DNA of 64,000 nucleotides from Anaerolineae bacterium. Lineage in GTDB: Bacteria; Chloroflexota; Anaerolineae; UBA1429. The position numbers and the translations under genes are program-made. Shown piece after piece: positions 1 through 8,678 of the stretch. A model generated the notes under the pieces. The model was not told where the DNA came from, made no database searches, and saw only the letters and a list, made by a program, of their open reading frames with translations. Numbering within the stretch: the first letter of the stretch is position 1; each line of letters opens with the position of its first letter. The DNA lies in assembly GCA_040766725.1 (NCBI GenBank), contig JAXGPZ010000001.1, positions 3,231,086-3,295,085 on the forward strand, read 5' to 3'.

Positions 1-791
1 GCCTGGCGCACCTCCAGGTCGTCGAACCAGCCGTTGCCGGGCTGCCAGTTGATGGGATGGTCCTCGTAGCGCGGCTCGGAATCGAGACAGGGCTTGGTGG
101 GCGCGAGGTCATAGTCATGGGCGATCATGGCATAATTCTCGTTGGCGCGCCGATCGTGGCCCGACTGCAGCGTGTTGAGATCGAGCCAGGGCTCGCCGTG
201 CAGCCAGCAAGAGGAAGAGTGCCGCCCATAGGGGTGGTAGGTGATCAACTGCTGGCCGCCGCCCGACTTGATGCCGGCCGCCATGGCACGCCAGACGTCT
301 TCGACACCGGTGGGCTGACGGTCGCCGCCCAGCATCCAGATGATGCCTGCGTCGGCATAGCGGCGCCCCAGGAACGCGCCATAGGCGCGAGCCTTCTCGG
401 GGTCAAAGATGATCTGCTCGGCGTCCCAGGCGTCGGGCTGAACGTACTTGCCCCAGGTGGGCAACAGCGCCACGTACATGCCCAGCGCGTTGGCGCGCTG
501 CACGATCCAGTCTACATGCGCAAAGTAGGCTTCGTTGGGCCGTGCCGGGTCCTTGTCGATCAGCGGCAGATGCCCATAGGCGTTGGGCACATCGAGGCCC
601 TCGACCTCGGCCAGGGCCACCGCCTGCACGGCCGTGAACCCCTTGGCGGCGCGGTTGGCCAGATACAGCCCGGCCTCTTCGCGGGTGGTGCGGTGAAAGA
701 GCTCCCAGGCGGTGTCGCCCAGGTAGAAAAAGGGCGTGCCGTCGTCATATACCAGAAAGCGGCGGTTGGGGCTGATAGCTAGCGCGCGCAT
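1..791 (-). CDS. Glycoside hydrolase family 140 (DUF4038, apiosidase-like); 3' end runs off window
   Basis: Hand translation from ATG at 791 (SD AGGAG): MRALAISPNRRFLVYDDGTPFFYLGDTAWELF...IIWMLGGDR...LQSGH...KPCLDSEPRYEDHP. Absent from the ORF track. Confidence 0.85.
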   Translation of the reverse strand, partial: MRALAISPNRRFLVYDDGTPFFYLGDTAWELFHRTTREEAGLYLANRAAKGFTAVQAVALAEVEGLDVPNAYGHLPLIDKDPARPNEAYFAHVDWIVQRANALGMYVALLPTWGKYVQPDAWDAEQIIFDPEKARAYGAFLGRRYADAGIIWMLGGDRQPTGVEDVWRAMAAGIKSGGGQQLITYHPYGRHSSSCWLHGEPWLDLNTLQSGHDRRANENYAMIAHDYDLAPTKPCLDSEPRYEDHPINWQPGNGWFDDLEVRQ

Positions 792-920
792 GGTCTCGCT
801 CCTACATGGCTCGATGGCCCCATTGTAGCCGCTGGCCAGGCGCCGAGGCAATCGCGCCGCGCTCATCTTGACGGCGCAGCCGCTAGGCCCTAGTATGCCC
901 AAAGCCAGAGCGAGGATCCG

Positions 921-1565
921 ATGGACAGCCGCAATACCGCGACAGTGTTCCTGAGTCTGCTGGCACTCGCAACGGGCGCCCTGGCCGTCCGCGCCCAGGC
1001 ACGACAACACCAGCATCGGTTCTACATTCTCAAGCCGCTGGCCACAGCGCTCATCGTCGCCGTGGCAGCTCTGCGAGCGCCGTTGCGCCCGCAGGTGGGG
1101 CTGTGGATTGTGGCGGGCCTGGTCCTGTCGTTGGCGGGCGATGTGCTGCTGATGTTGCCGCGCGATCGGTTTGTGGCCGGCCTGGCGAGCTTTATGGCAG
1201 CACAGGTCGCCTATACCGTGGCCTTTGTCAACGAGGTTGCCTGGCACGAGCCCGCGTGGGCGCTGCTGCCGAGCGCGGTGCTGCTGGTGGTGCTGGGGCT
1301 GACGATCCTGCCGCGGACCGGGTCGATGCGCGTGCCAGTGGCGGTCTATGGGCTGGTGATCGTGGCCATGGCCTGGCGCGCGCTGGTGCGGCACGTGGCC
1401 ATCGGCGAGACCCGCGCGCTGCTGGGGATGGTGGGGGCCTGGCTCTTTGTGGCGTCAGACCTGTCGCTGGCCTGGAGACGGTTTGTGCAGCGCACGGCCT
1501 GGCTGCCGGTGTTCTGCCTGAGCAGCTACTATCTGGCGCAGTTGTTGATCGCACTATCCATCTAG
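921..1565 (+). CDS. YhhN family membrane protein (lysoplasmalogenase-like)
   Basis: KPL, GDVLL, F..GL.SF..AQ..Y and LFVASDL motifs; multi-TM. Confidence 0.85.
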   Translation: MDSRNTATVFLSLLALATGALAVRAQARQHQHRFYILKPLATALIVAVAALRAPLRPQVGLWIVAGLVLSLAGDVLLMLPRDRFVAGLASFMAAQVAYTVAFVNEVAWHEPAWALLPSAVLLVVLGLTILPRTGSMRVPVAVYGLVIVAMAWRALVRHVAIGETRALLGMVGAWLFVASDLSLAWRRFVQRTAWLPVFCLSSYYLAQLLIALSI

Positions 1566-1577
1566 CGGAGGGTTCGC

Positions 1578-2558
1578 ATGTCAGACCGGTTCAACTGGGG
1601 CATTCTGGGGCCCGGGCGTATTGCCCATCGCTTTGCCACCGACCTACAGCGCCTGCCCGACGCCCGTCTGCTGGCGGTGGGCTCGCGCGACGCTGGGCGC
1701 GCTGAGGCTTTTGCGCGCGAGTATGGCGCGCCACGCGCCTATGATAGCTATGCGGCCCTGGCATCCGATCCAGACGTGCAGGCCATCTATGTGGCCACCC
1801 CGCACCCTCTGCACCTCGACACGGCCCGGCTTTGCCTGCAGCAGGGCAAAGCGGTGCTCTGCGAAAAGCCACTCACGGCCAACCTGGCGCAGGCCGAGGC
1901 GCTGGCGGCCAGCGCCAGGCAGCACGGCGCCTTTTTGATGGAGGCCATGTGGACGCGCTTTAACCCCGTCATGGTGCAGGTGCGGGCCTGGCTGGCCGAG
2001 GGGCGCATCGGCGAGCCGCGCATCGTGACCGCCGACTTTGGCTTTGCTGCGGCGGTGAACCCCGAGGCGCGCCTGTTCAACCGGGCGTTGGCCGGCGGCG
2101 CCTTGCTCGACGTGGGCGTGTATGTGGTGTCGTTGGCGCACATGGTCTATGGCTCGGCGCCCACGCGCATCGAGGCCACAGCGGCCGTCGGCGAGACGGG
2201 CGTCGACGAGCAGACGGCGCTCTCGCTGGCTTTTGCCGGGGGCGGGCTGGCATCGCTCACCTGCGCCATTCGCACCAACACGCCGCACCTGGCGCGTATC
2301 GATGGCACCGCGGGGCGCATTACCATCCCTGCGTTCTGGCATGCCACTGAGGCTACTCTCGAGCCCCACGATGGCGAGCCCGTCACCGTGCACGGCGACG
2401 CCAGCTACCACTATGAGGCCGCCGAGGTGATGGCCTGTGTGCGAGCAGGGCGCCTCGAAAGCGCCAGCATGCCGCTGGACGAGTCGGTTGCCATCGCCGC
2501 GACGCTGGATGCGGCCCGGCGCGCCGTAGGCGTGCGCTATCCCTTTGATCCGAGGTAG
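1578..2558 (+). CDS. Gfo/Idh/MocA oxidoreductase (aldose/dihydrodiol dehydrogenase-like)
   Basis: WGILGPGRIA, YVATPHPLH, LCEKP, MEAMWTRF, GGALLDVGVY. Confidence 0.9.
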   Translation: MSDRFNWGILGPGRIAHRFATDLQRLPDARLLAVGSRDAGRAEAFAREYGAPRAYDSYAALASDPDVQAIYVATPHPLHLDTARLCLQQGKAVLCEKPLTANLAQAEALAASARQHGAFLMEAMWTRFNPVMVQVRAWLAEGRIGEPRIVTADFGFAAAVNPEARLFNRALAGGALLDVGVYVVSLAHMVYGSAPTRIEATAAVGETGVDEQTALSLAFAGGGLASLTCAIRTNTPHLARIDGTAGRITIPAFWHATEATLEPHDGEPVTVHGDASYHYEAAEVMACVRAGRLESASMPLDESVAIAATLDAARRAVGVRYPFDPR

Positions 2559-2562
2559 TGCC

Positions 2563-3546
2563 ATGAACAGTGTGATGCGATACGGCCAGGTGGCCGGCGT
2601 CAAGGTGCCCGTGGCGCGGCTGGTGCTGGGCACGATGATCGTCAACATCCAGGAGCGCGAGCGCAGCTTTGAGCTGTTGGACGCGGTCTTTGGCCTGGGC
2701 GGCAACGCCTTTGACACCGCCCACGTGTATGCAGGCGGCCAGAGCGAGCGTTGTCTGGGCGCCTGGATGCAGGCGCGCGGCAATCGCGAGCAGGTGTTCA
2801 TCCTCAGCAAGGGCTGCCATCACAACCAGGACCGCAAGCGCGTGACGCCCTTTGATCTGACCGCCGATCTGTATGACTCGCTGGCGCGCCTGCAGACCGA
2901 CTATATCGACCTCTACCTGCTCCACCGTGACGACCCGACGGTGCCGGTGGGCGTCATCATGGATGTGCTCAACGAGCACCATGCGGCGGGTCGCATTCGC
3001 GCCTTTGGCGGCTCGAACTGGACGCACGAGCGCATCGCTGCCGCCAACGAGTATGCAGCCGCACACGGCCTGGCGCCCATGGCGGCCAGCAGCCCCAACT
3101 ATGGCCTGGCCGAGCAGGTGCTCGACCCCTGGGGGCCGGGGTGCGTGTCGATCAGCGGCCCCGCCAATCAGGAGGCGCGCGCCTGGTATGAGGCCAACCA
3201 GATGCCGGTCTTCGCCTATTCGTCGTTGGGGCGCGGGCTCTTTTCGGGGCGCCTGTCGCGGCAGAACCTCGCTGAGGCCGAGCAGTTGCTCGATGGCGCC
3301 GCCCGCACCGCCTATCTGCACGAGATCAACCTGCAACGCCTCGATCGTGTTGCGCAGTTGGCGGCCGAACGGGGCTGCACCATTCCACAGATGGCCCTGG
3401 CGTATGTGCTGCACGCGCCGCTCAATGTCTTTCCGTTGGTGGGCGCGGCCAACGGCGCCGAGTTCGCCGAGAACCTGCGCGCACTGGAGATCGCCCTGAC
3501 GCCCGCAGAGTGCGCCTGGCTCGATCTCGAGCAGGACGAACGCTAG
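2563..3546 (+). CDS. Aldo/keto reductase
   Basis: FDTAHVY, SKG, SLARLQTDYIDLYLLHRDD; start moved to ATG 2563, just after the upstream stop. Confidence 0.9.
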   Translation: MNSVMRYGQVAGVKVPVARLVLGTMIVNIQERERSFELLDAVFGLGGNAFDTAHVYAGGQSERCLGAWMQARGNREQVFILSKGCHHNQDRKRVTPFDLTADLYDSLARLQTDYIDLYLLHRDDPTVPVGVIMDVLNEHHAAGRIRAFGGSNWTHERIAAANEYAAAHGLAPMAASSPNYGLAEQVLDPWGPGCVSISGPANQEARAWYEANQMPVFAYSSLGRGLFSGRLSRQNLAEAEQLLDGAARTAYLHEINLQRLDRVAQLAAERGCTIPQMALAYVLHAPLNVFPLVGAANGAEFAENLRALEIALTPAECAWLDLEQDER

Positions 3547-3585
3547 AGGGCGCATCGGACGTATTTCTAAGCACGCCGGTCAACA

Positions 3586-3614
3586 TTGTTACCTCGTGAC
3601 CGGCGTGCTATAAT
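3586..3614 (+). promoter_or_regulatory. Sigma70-type promoter of the Lon-like gene
   Basis: TTGTTA-N17-TATAAT with extended -10 TG. Confidence 0.6.
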
Positions 3615-3647
3615 CGAGCCACGATTACCCATGCATGAGGTGACGCC

Positions 3648-6137
3648 ATGACCCATCGCCTCGAACTGACGCCAGAGCAACTGACCCGGCGTACCGACCC
3701 TGCGTTGTTCGACTTTGCCTCTACGGCCGAGCTGGCGCCGCTGCGGCGCGTCATCGGCCAGGACCGTGCGGTCAGCGCCATCGAGTTTGGCGTCGAGATG
3801 CCGGGCGACGGCTACAACATCTTTGCGGTTGGGCCGGCCGGCTCGGGCCGCACCACGGCCGTGAGGCAGTTTCTGGATCAGCATGCCGCCAAGCGGCCCG
3901 CGCCGCCCGAGTGGTGCTATGTGTACAACTTTGAAGATGCCCGCGCGCCCAGAGCCATCAGCCTGCCGCCCGGGCGTGCCGTCGAGCTGCGCAACCAGAT
4001 GGCGCGTCTGGTCGAGCGCCTGCGTGAAGAGATCCCTCGCACCTTTGAGGGCCAGCCCTACGAAGATCGTCGGCGGCAGCTCTTGCTGCAGATGCAGCAG
4101 CGACAGCAGGCTCTGTATGAAGAGCTCGAGCGCTACCTCAACGAGCGCAACTTTGCGTTGATCCGCTCGCAGGCCGGCCTGGCCATCGCGCCGATGCTCA
4201 ACGGCGAGGTGCTCACCGCCGAAGCCTATCAAAAGCTGGATCCCGAGATCAAGAAAAAGTACGAATCGTTCCGGCCAGAGCTACAGGAGCAGTTCGACCG
4301 GGCCATGCGCGAGGCGCGCGATCTCGACCGCGAGGGCCGCAAGGCCATCGACAACATCAACGGCGAGATCGCCGGCTTTGTCGTGGACAACCTGATCGCC
4401 GAGATGCTCGAGGCCTTTGCCGATTGCGAAAAGGTGGTCGTCTTTCTGCGCGCCGTGCGCGACGACGTGGTGGCCAACGTCGATCGCTTCATGGGGCGCG
4501 ACGAGGAGCCCATGCCGCTGCCCATACCGGGCAGAGATGGTGGCGAGCGCTGGTTCCGACGCTATGAGGTCAACGTGCTCTCGAATGTGCCGACCTGCAA
4601 TTGCGCGCCGGTGACTGTCGAGGACAACCCCACCTATCACCGCCTGGTGGGCCGCATCGAGCACCGCACCGAGTTTGGCACGATGGTCACCGATTTCACC
4701 CAGATCCGCGCAGGCGCGCTGCACGCCGCCAACGGTGGCTATCTGGTGCTCGACGCGCGCCAGGTGCTCACCAACCAGCTTTCGTGGGAGGCGCTCAAGC
4801 GCGCCTTGCGCAACCACGAGATCAAGATCGAGGAGATGGCCCAGTTCTATGGGCTGGTGGCCGCGTCGACACTCGAGCCCGAGCCGATCCCGCTCGATGT
4901 CAAGGTGGTGCTGATCGGCGACCCCGCCCTGTACCAGCTCTTGGCCGCCTACGATGAGGACCTGCGCGAGCTGTTCAAGATCAAGGCCGAGTTCGTCACG
5001 CTGATCGACCGCGAAGAGGACCACCTGCGCGACTATGCCCAGTTCGCGGGCGATCTCTGCCGTCGCGAGGGGCTGCGTCACCTGGACCCCAGCGGCGTGG
5101 CCCGCCTGGTGGACGAGGCCTCACGCCTGGTTTCCGATCAGGGGCGCATGACGACGCGCTTTTCGGCCGTGGCCGACATCGTGCGCGAGGCCTCGTTCTG
5201 GGCCGGACGCGCAGAACGGGAGCTGATCACCGCCGAGGACATCGTGAGCGCGGTCGAGGCAGGCCGCAAGCGACTGGACTATCTGGCCGAGCGCTATCGC
5301 CAGAGCATCACCGACGGCACGGTGCTGATCGACACCGAGGGCGCAGTGGTGGGGCAGATCAACGGCCTCTCGGTGGCGCAGACGGCCGAGTTTGCCTTTG
5401 GCATGCCCTCGCGTGTCACCGCTCGCACCTTTTTGGGGCGGGCGGGCGTGGCCAGCATCGACCGCGAGGTCAAGATGACCGGCCCCATCCACGACAAGGG
5501 GCAGCTCATCCTTTCGTCCTATCTGGCCAGCCGCTTTGCGCAGCGCCACAGCCTGTCAGTGGCGGCCAGCCTCACGTTCGAGCAATCGTACGGCGGCATC
5601 GAGGGCGACAGCGCCTCTTCGACGGAGCTGTACGCGCTGCTGTCGAGCCTGGCCGAAGCGCCCATCAAGCAGAGCCTGGCCGTCACCGGCTCGGTGAACC
5701 AGTTCGGCCAGGTGCAGGCCATCGGCGGCGTCAACGCCAAGATCGAGGGCTTTTTCGATCTCTGTCAGGAGCGCGGGCTGACCGGCGACCAGGGCGTGCT
5801 CATCCCCGCATCCAACGTGCGGCACCTGATGCTGCGTGACGACGTCACCGCGGCGGTGCGCGAGGGCCGGTTCCACATCCATGCCGTCTCGACCATCGAG
5901 GAGGGCATCGAGCTGCTCACCGGCGTGCCGGCGGGCGAGGCTGACGAGAACGGCGACTATCCCGAGGGGACCATCTATCACCGGGTGCAGCGCAAGCTGG
6001 ACGCCTACCGGGAGGCGCTCAAGGCCGAGGCCAAGCCCAGGGGCAACGGCAACGGCGCCGGCACTGCGCCAGACGAATCTCCGGCCGACAGCGAGGTGCC
6101 CCCCAAAGAGCCATCGGTTGACGATCTCGCCAGCTAA
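3648..6137 (+). CDS. Lon-family protease (LonB/LonC-type AAA_32 plus Lon protease domain)
   Basis: GQDRA, GALHAANGGYLVL, catalytic Ser in GDSASS and Lys in AKIEGF. Confidence 0.9.
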   Translation: MTHRLELTPEQLTRRTDPALFDFASTAELAPLRRVIGQDRAVSAIEFGVEMPGDGYNIFAVGPAGSGRTTAVRQFLDQHAAKRPAPPEWCYVYNFEDARAPRAISLPPGRAVELRNQMARLVERLREEIPRTFEGQPYEDRRRQLLLQMQQRQQALYEELERYLNERNFALIRSQAGLAIAPMLNGEVLTAEAYQKLDPEIKKKYESFRPELQEQFDRAMREARDLDREGRKAIDNINGEIAGFVVDNLIAEMLEAFADCEKVVVFLRAVRDDVVANVDRFMGRDEEPMPLPIPGRDGGERWFRRYEVNVLSNVPTCNCAPVTVEDNPTYHRLVGRIEHRTEFGTMVTDFTQIRAGALHAANGGYLVLDARQVLTNQLSWEALKRALRNHEIKIEEMAQFYGLVAASTLEPEPIPLDVKVVLIGDPALYQLLAAYDEDLRELFKIKAEFVTLIDREEDHLRDYAQFAGDLCRREGLRHLDPSGVARLVDEASRLVSDQGRMTTRFSAVADIVREASFWAGRAERELITAEDIVSAVEAGRKRLDYLAERYRQSITDGTVLIDTEGAVVGQINGLSVAQTAEFAFGMPSRVTARTFLGRAGVASIDREVKMTGPIHDKGQLILSSYLASRFAQRHSLSVAASLTFEQSYGGIEGDSASSTELYALLSSLAEAPIKQSLAVTGSVNQFGQVQAIGGVNAKIEGFFDLCQERGLTGDQGVLIPASNVRHLMLRDDVTAAVREGRFHIHAVSTIEEGIELLTGVPAGEADENGDYPEGTIYHRVQRKLDAYREALKAEAKPRGNGNGAGTAPDESPADSEVPPKEPSVDDLAS

Positions 6138-6143
6138 ACGACA

Positions 6144-6167
6144 GAGAGCCCGCCTGAGCGGGCTCTC
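6144..6167. terminator. Hairpin between convergent genes
   Basis: GAGAGCCCGC-ctga-GCGGGCTCTC, perfect 10-bp stem; weak U-tract. Confidence 0.6.
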
Positions 6168-6183
6168 ACCTTGCGTATCTGGG

Positions 6184-6534
6184 TCAGGACGACGGCTCCA
6201 TCACCTCGAAATAGCGGCGCACAAAGCGCAGCACCTGGTAATACTCGGCGTTGCCGACGCTGGCGAGGTTATCGTTGATGAACACCAGCGGATAGACGCA
6301 AAAGCCCTGCTCAGCCCGGGCGATCTTGTCGCGATGCCGTGCGTAGGCCTCGGGATCGGCCACATCGTCATAGTGCACGCTGACGCGGTCGCCGTAAAAG
6401 CGCTGCAGATAGTCGCGGGTAAAGGCTGCGGTCTCCGACGAAGACCGGCGCGGGCCTCAACCGCCGCGACAGGCGGCCTCGTTGCGACTGTTGCCCAGAA
6501 TGGTGACCACGAGCTGTGGTGACGATGCGGACAT
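6184..6534 (-). CDS. Candidate selenoprotein, thioredoxin-fold YuzD/DUF1462-like, 116 aa, UGA (Sec) at codon 26
   Basis: ATG 6534 with SD GAGGGAGG. MSASSPQLVVTILGNSRNEAACRGG-U(6457-6459)-GPRRSSSETAAFTRDYLQRFYGDRVSVHYDDVAD...YPLVFINDNLASVG; continues in frame into the 64-aa track ORF. Confidence 0.7.
6424..6456 (-). promoter_or_regulatory. Candidate bacterial SECIS hairpin immediately 3' of the UGA
   Basis: mRNA: UGA-GGCCCGCGC-CGGUCU-ucgucgg-AGACCG-CAGCC; 6-bp apical stem plus lower pairing, loop about 15 nt from the UGA. Confidence 0.6.
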
Positions 6535-6551
6535 GGCGCCCTCCCTCTCAG

Positions 6552-6574
6552 TATATACCCCGTTGGGGTATATA
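6552..6574. promoter_or_regulatory. CsoR/RcnR-family-like operator
   Basis: Perfect palindrome TATATACCCC-GTT-GGGGTATATA, i.e. TACC-N7-GGTA with C/G tracts and AT flanks. Confidence 0.65.
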
Positions 6575-6575
6575 T

Positions 6576-6604
6576 AGGTTAGCACGGGCATCGCGCGGTG
6601 TCAA
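6576..6604 (-). promoter_or_regulatory. Sigma70 promoter for the candidate selenoprotein
   Basis: Minus strand TTGACA-N17-TAACCT directly upstream of the operator. Confidence 0.65.
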
Positions 6605-6605
6605 C

Positions 6606-6633
6606 TTGCATCGGCGGGCCAAACGGTTATAAT
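6606..6633 (+). promoter_or_regulatory. Promoter for tRNA-Val
   Basis: TTGCAT-N16-TATAAT, 11 nt before the tRNA. Confidence 0.55.
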
Positions 6634-6644
6634 GACGGTCGTCC

Positions 6645-6721
6645 GGGCAGGTAGCCCAGCTGGTTAGAGCGCCACGTTGACATCGTGGAGGCCGTAGGTT
6701 CGAGTCCTATCCTGCCCACCA
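6645..6721 (+). tRNA. tRNA-Val(GAC)
   Basis: GGGCAGG acceptor stem, anticodon arm CCACG-TTGACAT-CGTGG, GGTTCGAGTCC T-arm, encoded CCA. Confidence 0.97.
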
Positions 6722-6725
6722 GCGC

Positions 6726-6760
6726 ACAGCCCGTCGGTCAGCCGACGGGCTGTTTGTTTT
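6726..6760 (+). terminator. Rho-independent terminator after the tRNA, overlapping the kinase stop codon
   Basis: ACAGCCCGTCGG-tcag-CCGACGGGCTGT followed by TTGTTTT. Confidence 0.8.
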
Positions 6761-7769
6761 GCAGCCTGACCGCGATGCGGTCATGGTCTTCGTCCAGGCA
6801 GACGCCTGGGCTGGGCTGCGGCCTAAAGATGCGTTCGCTGCCGGCCTGTTCAAAGGCGCGCTCCAGCACCTCGGGCTCGGGGTGCAGGGCAATGATGGTG
6901 CCGCCGCCGCCGGCGCCGGCCAGCTTGGCCCCCAGCGCGCCGGCATCGAGCGCCGCCTTGATCAGCCGCTCATTCGATTCGCCCGAGCCGCCCAGGTCGC
7001 GCTGGATGACGTGGTTGCGGTTCATCAGCAGGCCGAGCCGCGGCCAGTCGCGGGCCAGCAGGGCCTTTTTCCCCTCTTGCGCCAGGCGCGCGATCTCCTC
7101 ATAGCCCTGACGCACCTCAGGGTCGCCCTCGAGCCAGCGTTCGCGCAGGGGCTTGTGCACCGCGTCTGACGAGTGTTGCACGCCGGTGTGGGCCAGCACC
7201 AGGGGCAGCTCGGTCACAAACGAGGTCAGTGGCTCGATGGTGGCATACAGCTCTTCGGCCGCATGGCGATAGAACTGCTTGTTGCGAAAGTCCATATAGT
7301 TGAGCCCGCCAAAGGTGCACATGTAGGCATCTTGATAGCCGCACACCACGCGAAAGTGGTTCAGCTCGATGTAGCGGGCCACTTCGGCCACGGTATAAAG
7401 GTGGGCCTGGTTGCCCTGATAGCGCATCAGCCCGAACACCAGCGCCACCAGCAGCGCCGTAGAGCTCGACACGCCCGAGGAGATGGGCACGTCCGAGGCG
7501 TAGGTGATGCGACAGGTCAGGGTATCGTGGCGGAGATACCCCAGCACAGCCCGCGCCACGTCGAACAGATCGTCCTGCAGGTCGAGGTCGTCCCGAGTCT
7601 CAAAGCGCCTGGTTTGGCCGGCGGTGACCACCTCGATGCCATCGCAGGGCTCGACAGTGACATGGGCGCGAAACGGAATGGTGCACGAGATGACCGACCC
7701 GCCGTACATGTCGGTGGGGTTGCCGATGATACCACAGCGGCCCGGCGCCGAGCAGTGAACGGTCTTCAT
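6738..7769 (-). CDS. GHMP kinase, glucuronokinase-like
   Basis: GNPTD N-terminal motif, P..SGVSSS, GYQD..FGGLNYMDF, VH..LRERWLEGD, GAKLAGAGGGG. Confidence 0.8.
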   Translation of the reverse strand: MKTVHCSAPGRCGIIGNPTDMYGGSVISCTIPFRAHVTVEPCDGIEVVTAGQTRRFETRDDLDLQDDLFDVARAVLGYLRHDTLTCRITYASDVPISSGVSSSTALLVALVFGLMRYQGNQAHLYTVAEVARYIELNHFRVVCGYQDAYMCTFGGLNYMDFRNKQFYRHAAEELYATIEPLTSFVTELPLVLAHTGVQHSSDAVHKPLRERWLEGDPEVRQGYEEIARLAQEGKKALLARDWPRLGLLMNRNHVIQRDLGGSGESNERLIKAALDAGALGAKLAGAGGGGTIIALHPEPEVLERAFEQAGSERIFRPQPSPGVCLDEDHDRIAVRLQNKQPVG

Positions 7770-7772
7770 GGG

Positions 7773-8678
7773 CTAGAGATCGCGCGCCTTGCGCTTGACG
7801 TATTGCCGCACCATGTAGCCGTACTTTTCGTCGGCCAGGGCAAAGTCGATGAACGCCTTAAAGTAGCTCTCAAAGTTGCCGATGTCATAGCGGCGCTCGT
7901 CCTGGCGCAGGCGCACGGCGCGCACGTGGTGGCCGAGCTGAATGAGCAAGCGGATCGAATCGGTGAGCTGCAGCTCGCCTTTGCGGTCGGGCGCGGTGCG
8001 GCTGATGGCGTCAAAGATCAGCGGGCTGAACACGTAGCGGGCGGCGATGGCCAGGTTGCTCGGCGCCGTGCCGGGCTGTGGCTTTTCGATCAGATCGTCG
8101 ACCGCAAAATCGTCGGCGTCGCCCTGCCCCTCGGCCGGCTTGACGATGCCATAGCGGTAGGCGTCGTCAGGATCGACCTCTTCGACGGCCACGGTGCAGG
8201 CAGCGCCGCTGGCCAGGTGCGCATCGATCATCTTGTGCAAAAAGCTGCCGCCGTTGCTGTTCTTGATGATGGAATCGCCCAGCGCCACCACGAAATGATC
8301 CTGCCCTACGAACTCGCGTCCATGGTAGACCGCGTCGGCGAGGCCGCGCGGCTCACTCTGCCGCGTATAGTAAAAGCGCGCCTCGGTCTCGGTGTAGGCC
8401 AGCTCTTCGAGCAGGGTATAGCCGCCGCCCGACGAGAGCAGGCGCACCAGCTCGGGGTCGGTGTCAAAGTGATCCTCGATGGCCGTCTTTTTGCGGCCGG
8501 TGACAAAGAGGATCTGGTTGACCCCCGCCGCCTCCATCTCTTCGACGACGTATTGCACCACCGGGCGCCGCCCCACAGGCAGCATCTCTTTGGGCTGCGA
8601 CTTGGTGGCGGGCAGCAGGCGCGTGCCCATGCCGGCCACCGGCACCACGACCTTGTTGATCGTCTCGACCCGAGTCAT
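7773..8678 (-). CDS. UTP-sugar-1-phosphate uridylyltransferase (GalU-like)
   Basis: PVAGMGTRLLPATKSQPKEMLP, RQSEPRGLADAV, LIEKP, ELQLTDSI, RYDIG. Confidence 0.88.
   Translation of the reverse strand: MTRVETINKVVVPVAGMGTRLLPATKSQPKEMLPVGRRPVVQYVVEEMEAAGVNQILFVTGRKKTAIEDHFDTDPELVRLLSSGGGYTLLEELAYTETEARFYYTRQSEPRGLADAVYHGREFVGQDHFVVALGDSIIKNSNGGSFLHKMIDAHLASGAACTVAVEEVDPDDAYRYGIVKPAEGQGDADDFAVDDLIEKPQPGTAPSNLAIAARYVFSPLIFDAISRTAPDRKGELQLTDSIRLLIQLGHHVRAVRLRQDERRYDIGNFESYFKAFIDFALADEKYGYMVRQYVKRKARDL

Noticed and set aside
3568-3612. CIRCE/HrcA operator
   Set aside because: Arms and spacing do not match TTAGCACTC-N9-GAGTGCTAA.
6184-6378. 64-aa GTG-start ORF as the complete gene
   Set aside because: No SD at the GTG; the promoter, operator and SD all point to ATG 6534 with UGA read-through.
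6645-6760. tRNA-Val as an integration site or island boundary
   Set aside because: No integrase and no duplicated tRNA 3' end found in the window.
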